Below are positions 27,063-38,330 of a stretch of 45,998 nucleotides of DNA, one piece after another. Made by a program: the position numbers and the translations under genes. The notes beneath the pieces are model-generated. The model saw nothing but the letters and a program-made list of their open reading frames with translations, was not told where the DNA came from and made no database searches. The stretch spans positions 82,294,389 through 82,340,386 of the forward strand of contig NC_068981.1 of NCBI RefSeq assembly GCF_001194135.2, written 5' to 3'. The DNA comes from Octopus bimaculoides. Lineage: Eukaryota. The stretch's first letter is position 1. Each line of letters opens with the position of its first letter.

Positions 27063-27603
27063 AGAAACATAAGTAACTGCAGAATATGTGGCGATGGACA
27101 AGAAACAATAAATCATATTATCTCTGGCTGCCCAGTCCTGGCTAAGAAGGAATATATTCACAGACACGACAGAGCTGGGACCTCCATACACTGGAAACTA
27201 TGCTAACACTACGGAATAATAACAGAAAAAAAGATGGTATAGGCACACGCCAGAGAAGGTCACAGAAAACGAGAAAGCAACCATACTCTGCGATATGCCA
27301 ATACATACAGATAGACAAATTAAGGCCAATAGGCTAGATATAGTTGTCAGAGATCAAGAAGAAAAAAATGTTTTCTAACTGATGTATCAATACCAGCAGA
27401 TGACAACGTTTCTCTAAAAGAAATGGAGAAACTTTCAAAATACAAAGACCTGGAAATAGAGTTAACTCGAATGTGAAATCTAAAAATAGAAACAATTCCT
27501 ATCATAGAAGGCGCATTAGGTATGATATAAAAAAATATCCAGACAAATACATAACAAAAAAACCAGGACTTACAAGTATATATAACACACAGAAAATTGC
27601 ACT
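27063..27603 (+). mobile_element. 5'-truncated R4/Dong-type LINE: CCHC zinc knuckle plus restriction-like endonuclease domain
   Basis: Translation: SNCRICGDGQETINHIISGCPVLAKKEYIHRHD...HWKLC*...ILCDMPIHTDRQIKANRLDIVVRD../CFLTDVSIP.D.NVSLKEMEKLSKYKDLEIE...IPIIEGALG. Only a few stops and frameshifts; runs into an N-gap. Confidence 0.9.
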
Positions 27604-27840
27604 NNNNNNNNNNNNNNNNNNNNNNNNNNNNNNNNNNNNNNNNNNNNNNNNNNNNNNNNNNNNNNNNNNNNNNNNNNNNNNNNNNNNNNNNNNNNNNNNN
27701 NNNNNNNNNNNNNNNNNNNNNNNNNNNNNNNNNNNNNNNNNNNNNNNNNNNNNNNNNNNNNNNNNNNNNNNNNNNNNNNNNNNNNNNNNNNNNNNNNNNN
27801 NNNNNNNNNNNNNNNNNNNNNNNNNNNNNNNNNNNNGAAC

Positions 27841-27926
<86 letters not shown>

Positions 27927-27945
27927 TAATAATAATGATAATAAT

Positions 27946-28115
27946 AATTGCACTACTGGGCACTGCACACATTCTACGCAAAACACTTTCAATACAGTAA
28001 ACATAAGAGCACCACAGCAAACCACAGCACATACCCAAGGCGCACAGAGCTGCGCTCGGTAGTGAAGTGAAAGCACGTTATAAAAATAAAACTACTGAAC
28101 AATAATAATAATAAT
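27946..28115 (+). mobile_element. second, shorter 3' end of the same Dong-type LINE (ORF end, 3' UTR, (AAT)n tail)
   Basis: Starts with AATTGCACT (same as 27595-27603), encodes ALLGTAHILRKTLSIQ* (stop 27998-28000), ends GAAC(AAT)n like the post-gap junction at 27837. Confidence 0.85.
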
Positions 28116-28333
28116 CCTTTCTACTATAGGCACAAGGCTTGAAATTTGTTGGGAGGGGACTGGTCGAATACATCGACTTCGGTGTTTTACTGGTACTTAC
28201 TTTATCGACTTCGAAAGGATTAAATGCAAAGTCGACCTCGGCAGAAGTTGAATTCAGAACGTAAGGACGGATGGAATGTGTTGGTAAGCATTTTGCCCAG
28301 CGTACTAACGATTCTGCCAGCTCGCCGCCTTCC
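28113..28333 (-). mobile_element. tRNA-derived CORE-like SINE family A, full length
   Basis: Minus strand GAAGGCGGCGAGCTGGCAGAATCGTTAG...GAATTCAACTTC (B-box-like)...GTCGACTTTGCATTTAATCCTTTCG..GTCGATAAA..AAGTACCAG...CCTTGTGCCTATAGTAGAAAGGATTATT. Confidence 0.88.
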
Positions 28334-28384
28334 AATTATTATTATTGGTTTCAAATTTTGGCACCAGACCAGCTAGAAGAATTG

Positions 28385-28612
28385 GAAGGCGACCAGTTGG
28401 CAGAATCGTTAGCATAGCGTGTAAAATACTAAACAACACTTCGTCCATCTTTACGCTTTCAGTTCAAATTCCGTGGACGTCGACTCTTTGCCTTAAATCT
28501 ATTTTTGGGTCGATAAAACAAGTACCAGTGTTGCACCCAGGTGGAAGTAAACGACTTATTCCCCTCTCACCTCCGAAATTGCTTGCCTTATGCCAAAATT
28601 TCAAACCGATAA
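28385..28612 (+). mobile_element. SINE family A, full length, older, alternative tail
   Basis: GAAGGCGACCAGTTGGCAGAATCGTTAGC...AGTTCAAATTCC...GGTCGATAAAACAAGTACCAG...GCCAAAATTTCAAACCGATAAT. Confidence 0.82.
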
Positions 28613-29173
28613 TTCGAAGGGTGCATTATTAAGTAAGGAATAATGTGATACAAATGTGACGGCGGTGACGGCGGTGGTGGTGTTTGGATAAAACGCAGTT
28701 GAGGTGCAATTTCCAATTTTTTTGTCTTGTTTTCTCTGTTTGTAATTAGCAGCAGAAGTTTACAATAAAGCAGCGTGTGATAGGTAAACAAGATGGACGG
28801 CCGATAGAGTCATTTCTCTTTCAACTGTTCATTTGGCCGCCCACCCGGCGTCTCTCAAGCAACCACCATTATAGATCGGCACCTTCATTGCCAACCAAAG
28901 CATCTATCTATCCGCCACCCTATATTTAGGAAAAAAACAATTCATCCACCCAAGCATTGCTCGTCCCGCGACGGCAATGCACTATTCTTTCTTTCTTTCT
29001 TTCTTTCTTTCTTNNNNNNNNNNNNNNNNNNNNNNNNNNNNNNNNNNNNNNNNNNNNNNNNNNNNNNNNNNNNNNNNNNNNNNNNNNNNNNNNNNNNNNN
29101 NNNNNNNNNNNNNNNNNNNNNNNNNNNNNNNNNNNNNNNNNNNNNNNNNNNNNNNNNNNNNNNNNNNNNNNNN

Positions 29174-29225
<52 letters not shown>

Positions 29226-29290
29226 TTCTTCTTCTTCTTCTTCTTCTTCTTCTTCTTCTTCTTCTGCTGCTGCTGCTACTGCTGCTGCCG

Positions 29291-29340
<50 letters not shown>

Positions 29341-29651
29341 GCGATGACGACGATGTTGATGATGATGCCGATGATTATGAAGACGACGATGATTATAACG
29401 ATGATGATGATGATGAAATTTCATCTATATTGTCAGCCTACTAATCCTTGCAACACCACTTCCATCACCACAGCCACCACCACTGCCACCACTTGCACCA
29501 AAACCACCACCACCCTCACTCCACCACCAACGTCACCACCGCCAGAAGCACCACCATCCTCCCCATCACCACGAACACCATTGCTACCGCTACCATCGCC
29601 ACCACCATCTCCACTACGGCCACTATCACTACTATCACCACTACTACCACC

Positions 29652-29683
<32 letters not shown>

Positions 29684-30097
29684 CAGTAACAACACCACTT
29701 TATCTCTGTCAATTGAGTCCCCTTATCCACACCTTCGACAACGCTATTAAGCTGACACACACTCACACAAAACACACACACACAAACACACGCGCGCGCG
29801 CACTCACACACAGACACCCGTCTCCCCTCACTCCACCAATATGGCTGCCGCTAATAAAGAAACCGGGATTTCTCGCTTACTGCTGCTCTCTTTGAAACGG
29901 CGACAGGTTCACAGCTTTCCACCTTGTTTTGTCTTTTGTCCTTTCTCAGTCTCAAATTCATGTTTGAGACTCTGTCGGCGATCTAGTTCTTCTCGTTGTT
30001 GTTGTTGTTTTTGATGTTGTTGGTGTTGTTACTGTATTCATCATTTTCTCAATACTTAATTCTCATCATCACCAAACTACAACCACCACATGTTAAC

Positions 30098-30223
30098 TCT
30101 TCTTCTTCTTCTTCTTCTTCTTCTTCTTCTTCTTCTTCTTCTTCTTCTTCTTCTTCTTCTTCTTCTTCTTCTTCTTCTTCTTCTTCTTCTTCTTCTTCTT
30201 CTTCTTCTTCTTCTTCTTCTTCT
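30098..30223. repeat. pure (TTC)42 / (GAA)42 tract
   Basis: Direct reading, 126 bp uninterrupted. Confidence 0.98.
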
Positions 30224-30399
30224 ATCGTTCCTCTCTCTTCGGCTTAAGCTTCGTTCTTATCAACATCAAAGAACATCAAATACAATCATTCATTACACTT
30301 AACAACATAAACGTCACACACACATAGGCACACACACACAACACGCACACACACACGTACACACGTATACACACGTATACACACGTATACACACAACTG

Positions 30400-30645
30400 T
30401 CGTAGTCCGACCAAGAAACCATGCTTATTGTCCTACTGAGGCCACTAGACCAACAACGAAGACTCCATGAGATTAGATGCCTCCTAGATATAACAGCCAA
30501 ATCTTTCTCAAATGACATTAGAAAGCTTTAAAAAAGAAATGCACAAACGATATAAGCGTAGGCACACTGAGACTGAATCCGAAGGAATGGTCATAACTAA
30601 GGCTCCTTAGATTATAGGTTTACTCGATCAATGCTGACCTAGGTT
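30400..30645 (+). mobile_element. repeat family C copy
   Basis: TAACAGCCAAATCT...ATAGGTTTACTCGATCAATGCTGACCTAGG parallels 12352-12535. Confidence 0.55.
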
Positions 30646-30829
30646 TCCTTTATCTTTTAGCCAGGATGAAGTCTTCGAATGCTTGCAACAGAAAAGGGTC
30701 CGCAAGAGTTACTCAAGCCACCAGGTAGTGGAGTTAAACAGGGTGATGGATTAAGTAAATACATCCTTACGCAATCTATGATGGTATTTGGAGTGAAAAC
30801 GCAAAGTACCAGAATTAATACCGTTTGGC

Positions 30830-30990
30830 AACTGGTCTGATATTCATACAGTCTCGCCAATTTGTAACTGACCCCTCCCCGCCAGAAAAAAAAATGAAAG
30901 GTAAAGTTAACCACATCAGCATTCGAACTCCGACTGAATAGAGCTGAAACAAATAACACTAAGCATTATATCCAAGGCTTCAACGGCTCA
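30830..30990 (-). mobile_element. degenerate SINE family A
   Basis: ATGAAAGGTAAAGTTAACC...ATTCGAACTC...AAATAACACTAAGCATT aligns with 28200-28300. Confidence 0.55.
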
Positions 30991-31379
30991 GTTATTTCAA
31001 CGCTGAGACGAACTGCAAGTAAATCCTCACCAGCTCCAGCATTATTCGGGAGTTTCTCTCATGGTAGCTACCAAATTATAGTTTGTTCTAACAGAACACC
31101 CACGTCTAAATGGGGGATAAATACTAACTCTCGGTATTGATACTGCCTCTGTCGTTAATAAATGTTTATCAGAAGTAGTGAAAGGAATTTTTACACCTGA
31201 GCTATGGTACCGCACGATCATGTATATAAGACGCTCACCAATGACATCAACAAAATCAGCACATTTTAAACTTGACTGTAACCGTTGATAGAGAAATTTT
31301 TTGCCTCCGCACCATGATTGTTATTTCATTTATTAGATTTGGAAATCTCAATATCCACAACCATCATTATTACGATTTA

Positions 31380-31570
31380 AAGCAGGTCCACTTCTATACG
31401 GTGGTAAACCTGACCATAAGCTAAAGAGGGACCACCTCTACATGGTGTTGAAAGCTGCTAAATAAAACAGCCAAAACCTCCGTCAAAAACAGCCAAATCT
31501 TCCGTCTTTAAAAAGAACAAGAACTGGACAGATAGGACATTGTTTGATCATGACTGATATGAGACTAAAG
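31380..31570 (+). mobile_element. degenerate repeat family C copy with internal AACAGCCAAA duplication
   Basis: AAAACAGCCAAAACC...AAAACAGCCAAATCTTCCGTCTTTAAAAA...TTTGATCAT. Confidence 0.45.
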
Positions 31571-32152
31571 GACAATGAATAAATCTGCGAGATTTCTCCG
31601 AGTTGACAGTTTTGAAATATGTTTTACCGCTTAGCCAGAGAAGAAAAACAACTTCTATGGCGCTTTATTAATTTCCGAGTTGTACAGACTGGCGGGACAT
31701 GGGACGAAAATACCAAATTCACATCGGAAAATTGACCCGAATAAAGTTCAGTTGAGTGGAACCCAGCTCCAGCCACCATGAGTGCACCCAGTGACCAGGT
31801 GATGTGGGGGTATTAAGCCCAGTGAAGAATTAAGATATTCTTAAAATTCTATAGACAAAAACAAAAATTACCTCTTAATTATCGCTTGAAGAATGTATTC
31901 CGTTTTACAGCACAAGAAGGTTAATTGTTGGGATGGTCACGGATGGAAATCTTTTGATCATAAAACTGTTTGATCCGTACTGAACTGGGGACAAAAATAA
32001 ACAACAATACCACAAACTACAACCAACTCAGTTTGCTGTACCATCATTAGCATCACCATTATCATTGAGACCACCTTTATCAATATCATCACCACCGCCA
32101 TCATCATCATCATTGGATGACAAGTATATTCTACTACTACTACAAGTATATT

Positions 32153-32191
<39 letters not shown>

Positions 32192-32239
32192 TTACTACTA
32201 CTACTGCTGCTGCTGCTGCTACTGCTGCTGCTGCTGCTG

Positions 32240-32281
<42 letters not shown>

Positions 32282-32599
32282 CATTTTCTTTTACGTCAAA
32301 TCTGATCTTCCTCTCCATTTACCCTTGCCCTTTTTCTTANNNNNNNNNNTACTACTACTACTACTACTACTACTACTCCATTTTCTTTTACGTCAAATCT
32401 GATCTTCCTCTCCATTTACCCTTGCCCTTTTTCTTACTTTTCCTCCTCCTTTTCCTTCAAATCCTACACTTTTACGTTACCGTTACATCTTTCGATCTTG
32501 GTGTCACCAGATGTTCACCCATTCTTTTTTTTACAACATACGAACATATTGTCCTGTAACTGCGATAATTGTTGTGGTTCTAACTGGTCGTTTATAATC

Positions 32600-32648
<49 letters not shown>

Positions 32649-32919
32649 TCTCACTCTCTCTCTCTCGCTATGTGTGTGTGTCTTATGCATGCATCTCTTA
32701 TACATGTCAGTGTCTCTTCATAAGTAAGTACATATNNNNNNNNNNNNNNNNNNNNNNNNNNNNNNNNNNNNNNNNNNNNNNNNNNNNNNNNNNNNNNNNN
32801 NNNNNNNNNNNNNNNNNNNNNNNNNNNNNNNNNNNNNNNNNNNNNNNNNNNNNNNNNNNNNNNNNNNNNNNNNNNNNNNNNNNNNNNNNNNNNNNNNNNN
32901 NNNNNNNNNNNNNNNNNNN

Positions 32920-33070
32920 TTTCAGTCTTTCAGTTCTCGTCTACCAAATCTACTCACAAGGCTTTGGTCAGCCCGAGGCTATAGCAGAAGACACTTACCC
33001 AAGTGCCACGTAGTGGGATTGAACTCGGAACCATGTGGTTGGGAAGCAAGTTACTTACTTCTGCCACGCA
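32920..33070 (-). mobile_element. SINE family B, 5' half (rest lost in N-gap)
   Basis: B box GGTTCCGAGTTCAATCCCAC and CORE-like CACTTGGGTAAGTGTCTT on the minus strand; aligns with 44138-44260. Confidence 0.85.
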
Positions 33071-33874
33071 AATATGCATATAGTTATATATATGTGTGTG
33101 AATGTACATATGATATATATAGATACCAGTGTATGCACAAATGACTTTTAACGTTAACGGTAGCTGTAAAAACGTGGTATTGGAAAAGAAAAATGGAGTG
33201 CAAAAGCAATACATGTTCACATACATACATTCATACATACGTACACACATACATACGTACATACATACATGCATTCATACAAACAGAGAGACAGACAAAC
33301 AGACAGCCACACAGCTACGTATGAATGCATGTGCAAATGATCGTACACATGGGAAATGCAAACCTACTAAAACAAAGAAACGTATTGCCGTAATAGCAAG
33401 CCGAATTCTGTAATTTGTAAACGAAATGTGATTATGAGGAGTGGTAGGTAATATGAAGCGGTGATGATATTATATGAGAAGAGAAGTGTTAACGAAGAAC
33501 ATTTGATAAGGCACGTGTCATCTATTTATATAAACTAAGATGCCATTTTCTCACTTACTGAACGTATCCGTTGGAAGAGGCGATTTCTCATCTCTCACAA
33601 AAGAGATATTACTATGTCAGTCTTCGTAATCTTGTTAATTGCTCGTTGTTGATTATAGTCATTTCAATGTTCCAGTTATAAAATTGACGATACCAACAAT
33701 AACAACAAGAATTGCATCATCATCTTCAGCAGAAACAGCAGCAGTAATTTTTGTTATCAATATATCGATTTTCTGCATCAGTAGAACTTCAGTCTCGTCG
33801 GGAATATATTTATTGTGTTACACTACGGACCAAAGCGTAAGTGGTTAGCCAGCACAACGTTCAGCTATTTTTGA

Positions 33875-34045
33875 TCTGTTTACTCGCTTCAGTAATTAAA
33901 CTGCGGCCATACTGGGGCACAGTTATCAAGTGCTTTTAGTCGAACACATAGTTCCCAATACTGTTTTTTTCTGCCTGGTACTTATTCTATTGCCCTCTGC
34001 TAAGTTACGAGGGCGCAAAAGTACTTTGTCAAGCGGTCGGAGTTA
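33875..34045 (-). mobile_element. SINE family B, degenerate 3' half
   Basis: CTGCGGCCATACTGGGGCAC...TTTAGTCGA...GGTACTTATTCTAT...GCTAAGTTACG aligns with 7765-7886. Confidence 0.7.
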
Positions 34046-34379
34046 AATATAAACACACACACACACACACACACACTCACATCAACAACAACAACCAACA
34101 CTTGAAAATCTATTCGTCTCTTATTAGTTATACTTTAACGCAACAGTTAGGGTTCCGTTCTTTATTGAATACTGCAGAATACTACAGGAATTGCAGATTA
34201 CCTCACAACAGTGATTGTACTTCATCGATGACTCCCTTGCTTGGTTAATGAATTACTTCATAGTCTGTTCTGCGTGATTCTGACTAGATAATTAGTGGCG
34301 TTCTTCATGTTGATATGCTTTGGTCCTCTATGGATGTATTGTAATCGCAATTATACATATATACATATACACGGAGAAT

Positions 34380-34520
34380 GACTTTGAGTTTCCGCTTACC
34401 AAGTCCATTCCCATAGCTTTCGTCGGCTCGGGGCTACAGTAGAAGGCGTCACGCTGTAGGACTGAACTCTTAATCATGGGAGTGAAAAGCAAATTCTAAC
34501 CACACAGCCACGCCAGCGCC
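34380..34520 (-). mobile_element. SINE family B, degenerate 5' half
   Basis: AGTTTCCG...GCTTTCGTCGGCTCGGGGCTACAGTAGAAG...GGACTGAAC...ACCACACAGCCACGCC. Confidence 0.7.
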
Positions 34521-34644
34521 TGGTCAAAATATTACCGAATTTTTTTTCTCAAATTAGTAAAAGTTTTGTCCATTAAATTCTATATTGGAACGAAAGATCT
34601 TAAGTGGCTCAAGATGACCGGGGATTTCTGGTACTGAGGGTGCA

Positions 34645-34770
34645 AAATTGTACGAGTACGTGACGATCTGTTGACAGTTTGAGCACATCGTATTTCCAGC
34701 AGCATTTCGTCCATCTTTAAGCTCAGTGCTCAAATTCCGCTGAGGTTAGTTTTGCCTTTCATCCTTATGG
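34645..34770 (+). mobile_element. SINE family A head and CORE-like fragment
   Basis: CATTTCGTCCATCTTTA..CTCAAATTCCGCTGAGGTTAGTTTTGCCTTTCATCC. Confidence 0.65.
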
Positions 34771-36296
34771 TTTTGTATTATGCAACACGTTTCTGTATCT
34801 AGGTTTGCTCCTAAGGAACCAGATCATTTTAGGACTTTGTATTTCAGCCGCAATTCAATGGCTATTGTGTGCGCTTCACTGTCTTATGTTTTTGTGCCAT
34901 TTTCTCCGTTCGTATTTCCTTGTTGAATTTTCATTGAGGCAAATGTAAAAGTGTTTTCTTATTTATTTGTTGTAATGCCACTGTGGGATTTAGTTCCGAA
35001 GAAATACTGACGTCAATTACACATCCAGTAACGACTTGGAGTTGATAGGAACTCAGCATATGGTAGCTGGAAAAGCATAAGAGAGGTAATCTCTTAATTC
35101 AGCTCGCAGTGTCATCTACTTAGTGTCTGTGACCGATGAGAAGATAACTATTCTGAAATGTTAACATCTCACAATCTAGGTAGGTGGCGCTGCGAGCTGG
35201 TTTTGTTGTATACTCACCATTTGTCAACAAGCGAACAGAACAACGGAGTGACAAAAGGCAGTGAGTAGCTTGCTCCCAAGTTCGAACGTCCATCAAGCAT
35301 TTCCGGACTGATAATAACATTGCAATTTCACTTGTCACTGCTTAGCGCTCCGCCAACTAGAAATGTTCTTAATAATAGTAGTATCGACCATTTCTGCTTC
35401 AGATAAATTTAAGAAGGGAGAATCAAACATCAACTGAAGCCTCCTTTGAATAACGCTTTTAATAACTTCTACTAACCATCATGTGTTAAACTGAATCAGC
35501 TGGTTAGGTCTACGTGTGTTGACATTCTACGAATGGTAATGAAGTGTAGACAACGAGCGTAGTTTCAAAGCTCTGTCGTAATTGATTTGCAATGCAGAAC
35601 CGGGAAAGGACAACACAAACCAGACAGTGACACAGGGTAACATTTAGACCGGCAACTATAGAAGCTGTGAAACTAACACCAAAGAATTAACTTCCATCAT
35701 ATGCAGCTATCCGAAAATGTTAACGCAATGTGATGTCATCTAGCTATCATACATGATGTCGTGATCAAAACTCTTTACAATGTAAAGTGTGGGACCGAGA
35801 GTCCTAAAGATCAAAATATTAGATGTTACAGTGTTATACAGCGCACGCTTACTCTTAATATGGAAAAAAATTCTAGCGAATGTTTCGGTCGAAACCTCTG
35901 TAAAGTGTAGCCAGAACAATTCAGACAATGATTTTAGAAAACAAAAAAAGAACAAAATAAAAACACTGGACGAAATCAGTAGCCTAGCAGACCCTAACCT
36001 TATGTTCAGGATAGAAGAAAATTTCTGAAATGAATCAATGAGAAATCTGCGAATAGTAGACTAGGTTTATAAAAGTGTATTTGCATGTATGGTTCCTGGG
36101 GCAGTTGGGTATGTAACGAACTGATCTTGGGGTATCTTGAGAATAGGCGTTTCACAAAACCAGAAAAAAACTATTGAATAAATTACAACTACAAATACTT
36201 TATTGAACTATGAAAACATAAACATTCTAAATTCAAATTACGATGAAGGTAAACAAACAAACGAAGTTTGCTTTAGAAGCGTTGAGATGTCTTAGA

Positions 36297-36478
36297 AAGT
36301 TAAAGAAGTGATTTTAAATTCTCAAACGCAGGATAATGCTAATAATATAGCCTGAACAGGATAAGCTACCCCTATTTTGCAGAAAACACTTTTTTCTGCA
36401 AAATAGGGGTAGCTTATCCTGTTCAGGCTACATTATTAGCATTAGCCTGCGTCTGAGAATTTAAAATCACTTTAACTT
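36297..36478. repeat. 182-bp near-perfect inverted repeat (hairpin)
   Basis: 36306-36386 pairs with 36392-36472 (81 bp, 3 mismatches; inner 39 bp perfect; 5-nt loop CACTT), extendable by 8 bp beyond a 3-nt bulge. Confidence 0.97.
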
Positions 36479-37124
36479 CATAAACATTCTAGAATTTTAA
36501 TCGATACAAGGTATACTTTACATGTCTACACACTTGTATACATGTAAACACGTACACATATATAAATAAATTCGTAGAGATGTAAACTTGCAATGACATG
36601 CATATTCGCATACATACGTACTTGCGATATATTGCAGATATATGCATACATATAGAGACAGAAAAGAAACGTTATGCACGCGTATAGAAGTCATCTGTTC
36701 TGCGGATTTGGACATTACTGTTAGGAATCTCTGAAAGAGAATATTTATGGATAAATGATTTGAAGTCTACAGTTTCTCTTACCTAATTGACAAATACCCA
36801 TCTATAATTATTTTTGTACTTGGCCAAATCCATGCATGTCTACGTCGTAATCACGCCACTCCAAAAACACCCCCAAAAAACAAACACGTATTTTGAGTAA
36901 AAAAATAAGAAAAATTAACCGACTGACACTCAATTTGAAAATAAAATCTGTTTGTAGAACATTAAAAGTATGTATGATTTTCTGAAGTTCAACATGCAAA
37001 TCTTCAATGGTGTCATAATCAAAATTTCAGCGATGGTACTTGGTTTAATTCTTCGAAACCAACTCCTATCTTAATTCGAATAATTAAACAACAAAAATAA
37101 CATACACATATATTTACAGAGACT

Positions 37125-37630
37125 CATATACATACACATGCTGTATGCATGCATACATACATACATACATTTGCATACATACATGCATACATAAACATAT
37201 ACACAAATACATACATACCTACTGACATACATACACTCATACATGTATACATATTGACATACATATACTCATACATACAAACACAAACATACATACATAC
37301 ATACATACATACATCCATACATACATACATACACACATACATACACACATACATACATATATGCATACACACAAACGTATATACATACATACACACATAC
37401 GTACATACATACATACATACATACACACATACACACAAACATACATCCATCCATCCATACATACATACATACATACATGCATACACACATAGATACATAT
37501 ATGCATACACACAAACATATATACATACATACACACATACGTACATACATACATACATACATACATACATACATACATACATACATACATACATGCATGC
37601 ATACATACATACATACATACGTACATACAT
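37125..37630. repeat. long imperfect (TACA)n tract with an internal higher-order duplication
   Basis: Direct reading; the ~60-nt block starting ATATGCATACACACAAAC recurs at 37359 and 37499. Confidence 0.95.
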
Positions 37631-38055
37631 ATTGCGTGTCAGCTAAGATTTATTCATGAATAGACTCGAGTCAATAATAATATCTGAAATTTAAGAAAGA
37701 AGAAGAATTCCATTGTTCTAAAAATGGTGGTGTAAAAATGTTGCAAATCTAGGAAGGTGCGATATGGAGATAATGGAATTGCGAAGTGGTAGGATTTCTG
37801 TATTTTAAGGAGAAAAGCAAGTCATTGATTTATCATTAAAACTGATAGCTGGTGGCATGTAAGAAAATTTCGCCGGCTATAAAAGCCAGTTTTGAAACGA
37901 ATAATGTGATAAATTAATTAAATGCCTCCTGGTCATATATTTTTCTAATATCTTGCCACAGTAATTATCGTTAGTTTTGATATCAACAAATATCATTAAT
38001 TTTATTCGTTAATTGAACTATTGTCTTGATATGTTTTCCTTTTTGGTTTGCCAGT

Positions 38056-38089
<34 letters not shown>

Positions 38090-38139
38090 GCAGCAGCAGC
38101 AGCAGCTTTATTATCGTTGTTATTATTAATTCGTGGTGG

Positions 38140-38330
38140 TGGATGGAAAATTGCTCTATCACGAGAGCAAATCTTGTGCGTTTAGTCAAATCGTCTTCAC
38201 GTTCTCCGAGTTCAAATTCCGTCCGAGTGGTCTTCATATTTCCTCCTTTTAATGTGGTCGTTAAAATAAATACAGGTGCAAAACTGAGAACGATATAAAT
38301 TGACTATATTCCTTCACAGAAATATGCGAC
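38140..38330 (+). mobile_element. degenerate SINE family A
   Basis: CGTCTTCACGTTCTCCGAGTTCAAATTCCG (B box)...GTCGTTAAAATAAATACAGG. Confidence 0.55.

Noticed and set aside
31772-31805. Perfect Kozak GCCACCATG followed by MSAPSDQ|GT
   Set aside because: Short, lies among degenerate repeats, and has no downstream exon or promoter support.
32280-32436. Exact ~60-bp direct repeat either side of a 10-N gap
   Set aside because: Identical copies across a minimal gap are typical of unmerged overlapping contig ends.
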